This document shows positions 8,751-18,869 of a DNA stretch of 32,000 nt, in pieces. The notes beneath the pieces are model-generated. The model was not told the DNA's origin and did no database searches. It saw only the letters and a list, made by a program, of their open reading frames with translations. Position numbers and translations under genes: made by a program. Position 1 is the first letter of the stretch. Each line of letters opens with the position of its first letter. The DNA comes from Cupriavidus necator (GTDB lineage: Bacteria > Pseudomonadota > Gammaproteobacteria > Burkholderiales > Burkholderiaceae): NCBI RefSeq assembly GCF_016127575.1, contig NZ_CP066018.1:1170001-1202000 (forward strand), in the 5' to 3' direction.

Positions 8751-9846
8751 TCTCGACACAGCATTCTCCTTCGACATAAACGGTGCGCACCAAGAGCGCG
8801 CGGTCCAGCACGACCGCGTCGGCCCAGCAGCCCTGTGCCAGCATGCCGCGGTCGGACATGCCCAGGTACTGGGCCGGATACAGCGAAACGCGCCGCGACG
8901 CATCGGCGAGGTCCAGCCCGATCGACACGAAGTTGCGCAGCGCCTGGTCCATGGTCAGCACGCTGCCGGCCAGCGTGCCATCGGCCAGGCGCACGCTGCC
9001 GTGGACCTTGTAGACGGTCTGGCTGCCCAGGTGGTACACGCCGTCCGGCATGCCCGCGGCGGCGGTGGCGTCCGTCACCGCATACAGCCGCGGAATCGCG
9101 CGCAGCGCGGCGCGGATCGCGCCCGGATGAACGTGCAGCAGGTCGGGGATCAGCTCGGCAAACTCGGCATGGGCCAGCGCTGCCGCCACCATGCCGGGCG
9201 CGCGGTGCTGCAGCGGGGTCATCGCGTTGAACAGGTGGGTGAAGCCGCTGGCGCCGGCATCCAGCGCGGCCACCGCGTCCTCATAGGTGCCCAGCGTGTG
9301 GCCCAGCTGCACGCGCACGCCGCGCGCGACCAGCAGGCGGATGATGTCCAGATGCCCCGGCAGTTCGGGCGCCAGCGTCACCACCTTCAGCGGCGCGGCG
9401 CCGAGGTACTGCTCCAGTTCTTCCGGCGTGGCAGTGGCCGAGGTATCGGGCTGCGCGCCCAGCTTGCCGGGGTTGATATACGGCCCTTCCAGGTGCACGC
9501 CCAGCATGCGCGCCGCGCCGGGCGGGCGCTGCGCGCAGGCGCGGTTCAGCGCCTGCAGTGCGGGCAGCAGCACGTCGTGCGGCGAGGTCATGGTGCTGCC
9601 CAGCAGGCTGGTGGTGCCAAAGCGCACATGCGCGCGCAGGATCACCGGCACCGCGGCCTCGCCATCCATGAAGTCCTTGCCGCCGCCGCCGTGGTTGAGC
9701 AGGTCGACAAACCCCGGCAGCACGTACGGGGCATCGTTGTGCTCAGGCGAGGCGGGCACGCCCTCGATGCGCGCGATGCGTCCGTCCGGGCCGGCATGGA
9801 TCTCTCCGAAGATCCAGCCGGCCGGCGTCAGGATGTTTCCTTTCAT
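8743..9846 (-). CDS. nagA: N-acetylglucosamine-6-phosphate deacetylase (367 aa)
   Basis: ORF 8743..9861(-). The track start at 9861 is a TTG. ATG 9844-9846 (MKGNILTPAG...) has GGAGAG 8 nt upstream. Amidohydrolase motifs are present: PGFVDLLNHGGGG, HLEGPYINP, GHTLGT, FNAM. Confidence 0.9.
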   Translation of the reverse strand: MKGNILTPAGWIFGEIHAGPDGRIARIEGVPASPEHNDAPYVLPGFVDLLNHGGGGKDFMDGEAAVPVILRAHVRFGTTSLLGSTMTSPHDVLLPALQALNRACAQRPPGAARMLGVHLEGPYINPGKLGAQPDTSATATPEELEQYLGAAPLKVVTLAPELPGHLDIIRLLVARGVRVQLGHTLGTYEDAVAALDAGASGFTHLFNAMTPLQHRAPGMVAAALAHAEFAELIPDLLHVHPGAIRAALRAIPRLYAVTDATAAAGMPDGVYHLGSQTVYKVHGSVRLADGTLAGSVLTMDQALRNFVSIGLDLADASRRVSLYPAQYLGMSDRGMLAQGCWADAVVLDRALLVRTVYVEGECCVENA

Positions 9847-9888
9847 GGCAATACTCTCCAATACATTCAGATCACCGGCCAGCCACCG

Positions 9889-10953
9889 TCAGAACAGGTG
9901 GATGATGCCGGCATAGGCGCCCTGCTGGTTCGCCCCGGCGCCCGGCATGGTGTCCGGCGACGCCTCCACCGAGAAGGTGGCATTGCGCGAGTTGAACACC
10001 GACGCCACCGTGCCATACAGCGAGGTGCGCTTCGACAAGTCATACTTTGCGCCCAGTGTGACAAGCGTGCCATGCCCGCCGCCATTGTTCAGGGTGGCGT
10101 AGTAGACGCCGGACAGCAGCGTCAGCGCCGGCAGCAGGCGGTAGTTGGCGCCGACCCATGCCATCTGGCTGCGCGTGGCGGCGTAGGGGTTCTCCGGCGT
10201 GGCCACGGTATCGCCCGAGGACACGGTCAGGTTATAGCCGGCGAACAGGCGCAGGTTGTTCAGCGCATAGCTGCCACCGAGCGTGTACTGGCGCGAGTTG
10301 ACATACAGGTTGTCCATGCGGCCCTGCGTGTCGCGCAGTTCCTCGTAGATGCCGGTCAGGCTCAGGTTGCCCTGCGCGTACTTGACGGCCGCGCTCAACT
10401 GCTTGCCGCTGTTGAAGCTGCCCGCCACGCCGTCGCTGCCGGCCTGCGCGCGCACACTCAGCCCGCCCCACACCGGCGAGTTGTAGGTCACGGCATTGGT
10501 GCGCGAGCCCCAGTTGCGGCCATAGACCAGCGTCGCGACCGAGCTGGCCTGCAGGCCCATCGGGTCGATCGCGCCGCTCTCGTCGTCGGTCAGGCTCATG
10601 GCCCGGCCCAGCAGCAGCGTGCCCCAGTCGTTACTGGCCAGGCCCACTTGCGCGCGCCGGTTGAACAGCGGATCGGAGCGCCCGGTGCCGGAGGTGATCA
10701 TGCCCTCCAGGTTGAAGACCCCGCGCAGGCCGCCGCCAAGGTCTTCTGCGCCGCGCATGCCCCAGAAGCTGACGCCGTACTGGTTGCTGCCGAAGCGGAA
10801 GGTGTCCACGTCGCCGCCCGGGCGGGCGATGCCGTTGACATAGTCGAGGCCGGCCACGGCGCGGCCATACAAGGTGATGCCGGTGCCGGCGGACTGGGCG
10901 CAGGCGCCCCCGGCCGACGCTGCGAGCAGCGCCGTCAGTGCAATGCGTTTCAC
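9889..10953 (-). CDS. general (OmpC/Omp32-like) outer-membrane porin (354 aa)
   Basis: ORF 9889..11052(-) trimmed to GTG 10951-10953 (AGGAG 9 nt upstream). It has a signal peptide (KRIALTALLAASAGGACA/QS). TLYGRAVAGLDYVNG..., SNQYGVSFWGMRGAEDLGGGL..., and the C-terminal ...AGIIHLF are typical of Burkholderiales trimeric porins. It is embedded in the nag operon. Confidence 0.85.
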   Translation of the reverse strand: MKRIALTALLAASAGGACAQSAGTGITLYGRAVAGLDYVNGIARPGGDVDTFRFGSNQYGVSFWGMRGAEDLGGGLRGVFNLEGMITSGTGRSDPLFNRRAQVGLASNDWGTLLLGRAMSLTDDESGAIDPMGLQASSVATLVYGRNWGSRTNAVTYNSPVWGGLSVRAQAGSDGVAGSFNSGKQLSAAVKYAQGNLSLTGIYEELRDTQGRMDNLYVNSRQYTLGGSYALNNLRLFAGYNLTVSSGDTVATPENPYAATRSQMAWVGANYRLLPALTLLSGVYYATLNNGGGHGTLVTLGAKYDLSKRTSLYGTVASVFNSRNATFSVEASPDTMPGAGANQQGAYAGIIHLF

Positions 10954-11040
10954 GATCAATGACTCCTGGATAAGCAGACGGTATCCACCGGCGCGGCTGT
11001 CGTCGCGGCCGTCGTTGTTGTTGCCGATGGGGAAGGTCGA

Positions 11041-11060
11041 CCGCAGCCGCACGGCTGCGG
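11041..11060 (-). other. intercistronic hairpin after nagE
   Basis: CCGCAGCC-GCAC-GGCTGCGG, 10 nt downstream of the nagE stop, with no U tract. Confidence 0.35.
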
Positions 11061-11069
11061 CGGCGGGGG

Positions 11070-12779
<1,710 letters not shown>

Positions 12780-12836
12780 TGGCGTTCTCCGAATCTGTGC
12801 GCGCGTGGCGCGTATTGGGTTGTGGTCGACCGGCGC

Positions 12837-15389
12837 TTATGCCGGCCAGTAGCGGCGGCACGCGTCGCGCACCGCGGCGGCTGACGGCAGCCGCAACAAT
12901 TCGCCTGCGCGCTGCCGGCAATCGGCATGCGAGAGCGCGCGCACGCGCGCCTTGACGCCCGGCACCAGCCCGGCGTCGACTGACAACTCGGTCACGCCCA
13001 GCCCGACCAGCACCGGCACGGCCAGCGGGTCGCCCGCCAGCGCGCCGCACACGCCTACCCAGCGCCCGTGGCGCGCGGCGCCCTCGGTGGTGGCGGCGAT
13101 CATGCGCAGCACCGCGGGATGCAGGCCATCCATGCGTGCCGCCAGCTCCGGCTGGCAGCGGTCAATGGCCAGGGTGTACTGGGTCAGGTCGTTGGTGCCG
13201 ATCGAGAAGAAATCGGCGTGCTCGGCCAGCTGGTCGGCCAGCAGCGCGGCGGAAGGGACTTCGATCATCACGCCGACCTCGATCTCGGGATCGGTACCGG
13301 CTTCGGCCGCCAGCGCACGGATGCGTTCGCGCCAGGCCAGCAGTTCGCCGACCTCGCTGACCATCGGCAGCAGGATGCGCAGCGGCCCGCTCGCGCGCAC
13401 TGCAAGCAGGCCGCGCAGCTGGTCGTCCAGCAGTTGCGGGCGCACCTGCGCCAGGCGCACGCCGCGCAGGCCCAGGGCGGGGTTGTCTTCGGCAGGCAGG
13501 TGCAGCCAGGCGGCGTCCTTGTCGGCGCCGATATCAAGCGTGCGCACGATCGCGCTGCGGCCCTGCAGGGCATCGGCAATGGCCTGGCAGCTGGCGGTGT
13601 GGTCCGCCGCCGCGGGGGCTGCGTCGCCGTGCAGGAACAGCAGTTCGGTGCGCAGCAAGCCGACCGCGTCGGCACCATGCGCCACGGCATTGCGGGCGTC
13701 GTCGAGGCTGCCGATATTCGCGGCCACCTCAATAGGCACGCCGTCGCGGGTGCTGGCCGCGGCGTGCGCGGCGCGCAGGTCGGCCTCGCGCTGCTGCGCG
13801 CGCAGCCTGACGGCGCTGGCGGCGGCGGCCAGCAAATGCGCATCGGGGCAGGCGTGCAGGCGGGCGCTGTCGCCGTCGGCGATGACCGGCGTGCCGTCCT
13901 GCAGGCGCTCCAGCGCGCTGCCCAGAGCCACCAGGCAAGGGATGCCGAGCTGACGCGCGATGATGGCCGCGTGCGAGGTCGGGCCGCCGCGCGCCATCAC
14001 CAGTGCGGCAACCCGGGTGCGGTCCAGTCCGGTCAGGTCGGACGGCGTGAATTCCCCGGCGGCCAGCACGATGACATCGCCGTCGGCGGCCGGTGCGGGC
14101 AGCTGGACCGGGGCACTGCCCGCCGGGGCCAGCGCACGCAGCACGCGCTTGCCCAGGTCCAGCAGGTCGGCAGCGCGTTCGGCCATGCGGCGGTCGGCCA
14201 TCGCGGACAGCATGGCGGCTTCGGCCCGGGTGGCCTCGCGCCAGGCAAAGCCCGCGCTCTTGCCGGCGGCGATCATGGTCTCGGCCGCGGCCTGCAGGGC
14301 CGGGTCTTCCAGCAGCGCGCGATGCATGGCGAAGATGCCGGCCTCGGCGCCGGCGCGGCGTGCGGTGGCGGCTTCGCTCTCATGCGCCAGCTGGGCGTCG
14401 ATGGCCGCCAGCGCGGCGCGCAGGGCCTCGCGCTCGGCAGCAATCCCCTGGCCGGCCTCGGCCGGCTCCGGCGTGGTCTCGCGCCACCAGTGCAGCGTGC
14501 CGATCGCGATGCCGGGGGCGGCAGCCACGCCGGGGATGCCATCCGCCGGCAGGCCGGCGCCCGGCCCAGGCTGCGCAATCGGTGCGGCCACCGTGGGCAC
14601 GGGTTCTTCTTCGCCCACGCCGGCGCGCTGCAGTTCGTATGCGACCGCATCGAGCGCGGCACCGGCATCGCGGCCGGTCGCCACCAGCTCGACCGCGGCG
14701 CCCTCGTCGGCGGCCAGGCCCAGCAGCGACACCAGGCTGGCCAGGCTCGCCTGCCGGCCGCCGTAGTGCAATGCGACGGCGGCGTCCAGGCCGCGCGCGG
14801 CTTCGCGCGCCCGTGCCGCGGGCCGCGCGTGCAAGCCGCCGGGGCAGGCCAGCGTGACCGTGCGCCGCTGTTCGGCTGCGCTCGCGTGGTCTTCCTGCGC
14901 GGGCGCCGCGGCACCCGCGGCACGCACCTGCAGCAGCACCGTGCGGCCCGCGTCGGCCTGCGCCGCGCCGGTCCTGCCGGCGACCGTGAAGGCATCGCCA
15001 TTGGCGATTGCCATCACCGTCACCAGGCTCGACGCCTGCTGCGCGACACGGTCGACATCGAAACGGATCAGCGCATCCCCCTGGCGCACGGCAGCGCCCT
15101 GCGCCACGCAAGGCGCAAAGCCTTCGCCGCGCAGCGACACCGTATCGATGCCGACATGGAGCAGCACCTGCGCCCCGCACGGAGCCTGCAGCGTCAGGGC
15201 GTGGCCGGTGGCGGCCAGGTGGACGATGGTGCCGTCGCAAGGCGCCACCAGCGTGTCGCTCAGGGGGTCGATGGCCAGGCCGTCGCCGAACATGCCGTCG
15301 GCAAAGACCGGGTCCGGCACGGCCGCGAGGGGAAGCAGCACTCCGCTCACCGGAGCCCGCAGCAACAGGGTTTCGCTCGTCTCAGCCAT
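12837..15389 (-). CDS. nagF: PTS multiphosphoryl transfer protein EIIA(Glc)-HPr-Enzyme I fusion (850 aa)
   Basis: ORF 12837..15389(-). The N-terminus is EIIA-Glc-like (PDPVFADGMFGDGLAIDP...TGHALTL). The HPr segment contains GLHARPAA. The EI segment contains GGPTSHAAIIARQLGIP and a C-terminal PEP-utilising TIM barrel (SIGTNDLTQY). Confidence 0.9.
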   Translation of the reverse strand: MAETSETLLLRAPVSGVLLPLAAVPDPVFADGMFGDGLAIDPLSDTLVAPCDGTIVHLAATGHALTLQAPCGAQVLLHVGIDTVSLRGEGFAPCVAQGAAVRQGDALIRFDVDRVAQQASSLVTVMAIANGDAFTVAGRTGAAQADAGRTVLLQVRAAGAAAPAQEDHASAAEQRRTVTLACPGGLHARPAARAREAARGLDAAVALHYGGRQASLASLVSLLGLAADEGAAVELVATGRDAGAALDAVAYELQRAGVGEEEPVPTVAAPIAQPGPGAGLPADGIPGVAAAPGIAIGTLHWWRETTPEPAEAGQGIAAEREALRAALAAIDAQLAHESEAATARRAGAEAGIFAMHRALLEDPALQAAAETMIAAGKSAGFAWREATRAEAAMLSAMADRRMAERAADLLDLGKRVLRALAPAGSAPVQLPAPAADGDVIVLAAGEFTPSDLTGLDRTRVAALVMARGGPTSHAAIIARQLGIPCLVALGSALERLQDGTPVIADGDSARLHACPDAHLLAAAASAVRLRAQQREADLRAAHAAASTRDGVPIEVAANIGSLDDARNAVAHGADAVGLLRTELLFLHGDAAPAAADHTASCQAIADALQGRSAIVRTLDIGADKDAAWLHLPAEDNPALGLRGVRLAQVRPQLLDDQLRGLLAVRASGPLRILLPMVSEVGELLAWRERIRALAAEAGTDPEIEVGVMIEVPSAALLADQLAEHADFFSIGTNDLTQYTLAIDRCQPELAARMDGLHPAVLRMIAATTEGAARHGRWVGVCGALAGDPLAVPVLVGLGVTELSVDAGLVPGVKARVRALSHADCRQRAGELLRLPSAAAVRDACRRYWPA

Positions 15390-15473
15390 TTTGCTTCCAG
15401 AAGTCGCGGCGGCCGGTGCAGAAATGCGACGGCGCCAGGGTCAGGCGAAAGATAGACGGCAACCGACAATAAA

Positions 15474-15500
15474 AATACCAGTGAAAACCACTACAACAAT
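15474..15500. promoter_or_regulatory. candidate NagR/NagQ operator, three 10-bp-phased TGGTAT-like repeats (nagF-proximal)
   Basis: The minus strand reads ATTGTTG-tag-TGGTTTT-cac-TGGTATT, 85-110 nt upstream of the nagF ATG and immediately downstream of a TACAAT hexamer. As I recall, the comparative-genomics NagQ motif for beta-proteobacterial and xanthomonad nag operons is a TGGTATT repeat. Confidence 0.45.
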
Positions 15501-15641
15501 ATTGTATCTAAGTGGCATCTTTATTGAGGCAAGGCAAAACAGTCCTTGGATGGTCCTCACATTCGCCTTAATCACCATAACCCACGGAGATAGGTAAGAT
15601 TTTTCCAAATCACAGCAGCATTTTCCGACGCCATAATCAGC

Positions 15642-15659
15642 AGAACCATTTCAATACCA
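15642..15659. promoter_or_regulatory. candidate NagR/NagQ operator (central)
   Basis: The minus strand reads TGGTATT-gaaa-TGGTTCT. It abuts a plus-strand TTGACG hexamer (15661-15666) that could be the nagR -35. Confidence 0.4.
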
Positions 15660-15738
15660 ATTGACGTAAAGCGAAGCGATGGCGATGTTATCGCCCAGAT
15701 GACGCAATGCCGCACCATCGACGTCAAATGTCCTAAAG

Positions 15739-15767
15739 TGGTATCATCACCTCCACACTCTGGTACC
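15739..15767. promoter_or_regulatory. candidate NagR/NagQ operator (nagR-proximal)
   Basis: On the plus strand, TGGTATC (15739-15745) and TGGTACC (15761-15767) are spaced 22 bp apart (two helical turns), 15-40 nt upstream of the nagR ATG. This suggests autoregulation. Confidence 0.35.
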
Positions 15768-15781
15768 TACGAGGATTCGCA

Positions 15782-16504
15782 ATGGATCAACGGCTGCAGG
15801 CTCTCAAGCCGGACGAAGCGGAGGCGACGCCGATCTACCTGCAAGTGGCGCGCAGGCTGGCCGCGGCCATCCAGGCCGGCCAATGGCGGGTTGGCGACGC
15901 GCTGCCGTCCGAGCGCACGCTGGTGGATTCACTGGAGATTTCACGCGTCACGGCGCGGCGCGCGCTGCAGGTGCTGGCAGAGGAAGGCGCGATCACGCGC
16001 AGCCGCGGCGCGGGCACCTTTGTCGCGCCGCGCCCTGAGCAGAAGGCGGCGCGGCTGGACAACTTCAGCGAGCTGGCGCGCCGGCGCGGCATGACGCCGG
16101 CCAGCGAACTGGTGGCGTTCGAACGCCGCCGCGCCACGCCCCAGGAGGCTGCGGCGCTGGCGCTGCAGGAAGGGGAAGAGATTGTCAGCCTGACCCGCCT
16201 GCGCAAGGCCGACGGGCAGGTCTTCTGGATGGATGTCACCACGCTGGCACTGGCCGTGCTGCCCGACGCCAGCGCCATCGGCGAATCGCTGTACGCCTAC
16301 CTGGAGCGGATCGGCAAGCCGGTGCTGCGCGTCACCGAAAGGCTGCGCGCGATCGTCGCCGGCGAAGCACTGGCCGCGCGCCTGCAGATCGCGCCCGGCG
16401 AGCCGCTGCTGCATATCCTGCGCACCGGCTACACCCATGGCGACCAGCCGGTCGAACTGACCGACGGCTACTGCCTGAACGATTTCTACGAGCTGAAGCA
16501 GTAG
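15782..16504 (+). CDS. nagR: GntR/HutC-family transcriptional repressor of the nag operon (240 aa)
   Basis: ORF 15782..16504. It has a winged-HTH (PIYLQVARRLAAAIQAGQWRVGDALPSERTLVDSLEISRVTARRALQVLAEEGAITRSRGAGTFV) and a UTRA effector domain. It is divergent from nagF. Confidence 0.9.
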   Translation: MDQRLQALKPDEAEATPIYLQVARRLAAAIQAGQWRVGDALPSERTLVDSLEISRVTARRALQVLAEEGAITRSRGAGTFVAPRPEQKAARLDNFSELARRRGMTPASELVAFERRRATPQEAAALALQEGEEIVSLTRLRKADGQVFWMDVTTLALAVLPDASAIGESLYAYLERIGKPVLRVTERLRAIVAGEALAARLQIAPGEPLLHILRTGYTHGDQPVELTDGYCLNDFYELKQ

Positions 16505-16674
16505 TGCCCGGCACGCCCGGCAACCGGCGGCTCGACCGGGGGCGGGGTCGGATCTTCCTCTGGCGGCAACGGCAAGTCCGGGGGGATGCCCGGCGGCCCG
16601 GGCTCTTCGACCGGGGGCACGGTATGGCGCGGCTGCAGGCGCGCACCGGCGTGGGGGTTCGGCAAGGCGGGCAT
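16486..16674 (-). CDS. hypothetical proline-rich mini-protein (62 aa), speculative
   Basis: ORF 16486..16674(-) starts at an ATG with GGAGAC 6 nt upstream. About 87% of codons end in G/C by my count, consistent with genuine genes here. Sequence: MPALPNPHAGARLQPRHTVPPVEEPGPPGIPPDLPLPPEEDPTPPPVEPPVAG... There is no recognisable family, and Pro codons inflate GC in any frame. It overlaps the nagR 3' end by 19 nt. Confidence 0.25.
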   Translation of the reverse strand: MPALPNPHAGARLQPRHTVPPVEEPGPPGIPPDLPLPPEEDPTPPPVEPPVAGRAGHYCFSS

Positions 16675-16687
16675 GCGGGGTCTCCGT

Positions 16688-16722
16688 GGCCGGGTTTCCT
16701 CCTCATTGAAGCAAACCCGGCC
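16688..16722 (-). other. 10-bp stem hairpin downstream of the LysE gene
   Basis: GGCCGGGTTT (16688-16697) / AAACCCGGCC (16713-16722) with a 15-nt loop that reads GCUUCAAUGAGGAGG on the minus strand. No U tract. Confidence 0.4.
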
Positions 16723-16752
16723 GGTGCGCGCCAGTATTGATGCAGACGCCGC

Positions 16753-17400
16753 TCAGGCGTGTTGCCGGCGCACGAAGAACAGCGCCGCGCCCACCGCCAT
16801 CAGCACGCTGCCAAAGAAGCGGTTCTGCCAGCGCACCGCGCGCGCATTACGGAACAGCCCCTGCATGCGCGACGCCAGCAGCGCATAGCCATGCATCACC
16901 ACCAGGTCCACGCAGCACATGGTGGCCGCCAGGATCGCCAGCTGCAGCGCAAGCGGCCGGTTGGGATCGATGAACTGCGGCAGCACCGCGACCATGAAGA
17001 TGATGCCCTTGGGGTTGGTCACATTGGTCAGCAGGCCGGTGGCAAAGCGCCGGCGCCGGCTCATCACCGCTACGCGCACGGGGGCGGTGCTGCCACCCTG
17101 GTCCGCCCCGCTCTCCACCTGCGCGCGCCATTGCTGCACGCCGAGGTAGATCAGGTACAGCGCGCCTATCGTCTTGACCACCATGAAGGCCTGCTCCGAG
17201 GCCAGCAGCAGCGCGCCCAGGCCGCCGCCCGCCACCAGCAGCACGATCACCAGCCCGGCCTGCAGGCCAAAGATGGTGGTGGTGGTCCTGCGCAGCCCGT
17301 ACGAGAGCCCATGGCTCATCGACAGCACCGCGCCCGACCCCGGCGACACGGCGATCACCCAGCACGCGGCGAAAAAAGCCAACCATACTTCCCAACGCAT
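16753..17400 (-). CDS. LysE/RhtB-family amino-acid exporter (215 aa)
   Basis: ORF 16753..17550(-) trimmed to ATG 17398-17400 (AAGGAGAG Shine-Dalgarno). MRWEVWLAFFAACWVIAVSPGSGAVLSMSHGLSYGLRRT... and ...LLTNVTNPKGIIFMVAVLPQFI are typical LysE-family motifs. Six TM segments. Confidence 0.85.
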   Translation of the reverse strand: MRWEVWLAFFAACWVIAVSPGSGAVLSMSHGLSYGLRRTTTTIFGLQAGLVIVLLVAGGGLGALLLASEQAFMVVKTIGALYLIYLGVQQWRAQVESGADQGGSTAPVRVAVMSRRRRFATGLLTNVTNPKGIIFMVAVLPQFIDPNRPLALQLAILAATMCCVDLVVMHGYALLASRMQGLFRNARAVRWQNRFFGSVLMAVGAALFFVRRQHA

Positions 17401-17482
17401 CCCACTCTCCTTTGACGACAACCATGCCGGGGCCACGCTCCCGCAGCCACGGCACCAACAATCTTTCCTGCGACGCGGCGCG

Positions 17483-18085
17483 TCAGAACGGGTGGAAGCC
17501 GCCCAGGAACTGCTCCACCTGCTCGGCCTGGCGCGCGTCGCGCGCGGCATCGCCCGATTCCAGCACCACCGCCTGGTACGCGCGCGTACCCACCGCCACC
17601 AGGCGCGCCGTCAGCCGGCGCGGCGACTGGTCCTGCGGCGACACCCCGCTGGCCTGCACTTCCACGCCGGCAAGCGGGCGGCCCGGACGGTCGGCGCTCA
17701 TCACGGTGACGGGCCGCGCGCGCGGCTCGCCCGACGGCGTGCCGAGGTTGGCCAGCAGGCCGGCCTGCATCGCCGCCAGCGCCTCGCGCCGCAGCGCTTC
17801 GTCATCGGCGGGCAGCGTCACCACGCCCACGGCGAACAGCGTGTCGTCGACGCGCGCAGCTTCCATCGTCATCGGCAGCTTGCGCCCGGCAATGGTCACG
17901 TCGCGCGCGGCGCTGGTGGGCTTGCCCGGATAGAGCGCGGCGTAGGCGCCCTCGCCGGACTGGATGGTGCGCCAGTCATAGCGCGGTGAACAGGCGCACA
18001 GGGCGAATGCCAGCACGGCGGCACAGCACAGCAGCGGGCGGCGGACAGCGGCAGGAAAGCTCGGCGGGGGCGGCACAAGACGCAT
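17483..18085 (-). CDS. hypothetical exported protein / putative lipoprotein (200 aa)
   Basis: ORF 17483..18085(-) with an ATG start. The N-terminus MRLVPPPPSFPAAVRRPLLCCAAVLAFALCACS resembles a signal peptide with an imperfect lipobox. GC3 is high throughout. No family recognised and the Shine-Dalgarno is weak. Confidence 0.55.
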   Translation of the reverse strand: MRLVPPPPSFPAAVRRPLLCCAAVLAFALCACSPRYDWRTIQSGEGAYAALYPGKPTSAARDVTIAGRKLPMTMEAARVDDTLFAVGVVTLPADDEALRREALAAMQAGLLANLGTPSGEPRARPVTVMSADRPGRPLAGVEVQASGVSPQDQSPRRLTARLVAVGTRAYQAVVLESGDAARDARQAEQVEQFLGGFHPF

Positions 18086-18233
18086 CGGGAATCCATGGGG
18101 GACGGCGCGCGCAGGCTGCGGGCGGCGCTGGCGGACGCCATCGCCTGCGGGCGGAAACCGGTATTATCCCGAAAGCGGCGCTTCAGTGCTTGCTGCGCCG
18201 CTCCCGCTACCGCCCTGCCCCCACGTTCCAGCC

Positions 18234-18758
18234 ATGCCTGCCGCCCTCATTGCCCGCCACGCCTTCGCCATAGCCAGCCTGCGCTGGGTGGCCGCGGGTG
18301 CGTTGCTGGCAGCCGCGGCCGGCATGCCCGCAGCCGCGGCCGGCATGCCCGCAGCCGCGGCCAGCCCCGCCCACCTGCCGCCGGCCACCGACCTGGCCGC
18401 CCACGGCACCGAGGCCGCGCGCCGCGGCGAGCCGCTGGTGGTGCTGGTGTCGATGCCGGGCTGCAGCTATTGCGACGCGGTGCGCCGCAACTACCTGGGC
18501 CCGCAGGCCGCCGCCGGCGAGATTGCCGTGCGCGAGCTCGACATGACCGCCGACACCCCGCTGCGCGATGCCGACGGCAGCCTGACCACCGCGCGCGCGT
18601 GGGCCCGGGCGCACCAGGTGCGGGTGGCGCCCACGGTGCTGTTCCTGGACCGCCAGGGCCGCGCCGCCGCCGGCCCGCTGCGCGGCATGCAGCCGGATTT
18701 CTACGGCGCCTACCTGGAACAGGCGCTGGACCAGGCACGCGCCGCCGTCCGGCGCTGA
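18234..18758 (+). CDS. thioredoxin-fold protein with CSYC motif, exported (174 aa)
   Basis: ORF 18186..18758 (track start is GTG) trimmed to ATG 18234. It has a signal-like N-terminus. PLVVLVSMPGCSYCDAVRRNYL and VAPTVLFLDRQG fit a thioredoxin fold (CxxC plus cis-Pro region). Confidence 0.7.
   Translation: MPAALIARHAFAIASLRWVAAGALLAAAAGMPAAAAGMPAAAASPAHLPPATDLAAHGTEAARRGEPLVVLVSMPGCSYCDAVRRNYLGPQAAAGEIAVRELDMTADTPLRDADGSLTTARAWARAHQVRVAPTVLFLDRQGRAAAGPLRGMQPDFYGAYLEQALDQARAAVRR
18309..18362 (+). repeat. in-frame 21-bp tandem repeat, 2.6 copies
   Basis: GCAGCCGCGGCCGGCATGCCC at 18309-18329 is repeated exactly at 18330-18350, with a partial third copy at 18351-18362. It encodes AAAGMPA-AAAGMPA-AAA in the signal/linker region of the thioredoxin-fold protein. 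Confidence 0.9.
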
Positions 18759-18869
18759 ATCGATCGGGACGCTTGCGGCGGATTGCCGCAGCCCGGCCCC
18801 GCGCAGCGCGCGAACGCCTGCGGCATTAGAATGTCCCATTGCTGACCGAACCTGCCTGACCCGGATTCC

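Noticed and set aside
8751-8903. Longer nagB-II starts (8903 track start; ATG at 8777 giving MSKENAVSR...)
   Set aside because: They would overlap nagA by 35-160 nt. The ATG at 8750 forms an ATGCTTGA start/stop overlap typical of coupled genes. This is not fully excluded without an alignment.
16332-16706. 124-aa minus-strand ORF (MRRKPGHGDPACPP...) starting in the hairpin loop AUGAGGAGG
   Set aside because: It is Arg/Cys/Pro-rich with poorer third-position GC than the overlapping 62-codon frame. It would overlap about 170 nt of the nagR coding sequence. Its start is sequestered in a hairpin loop with no upstream Shine-Dalgarno.
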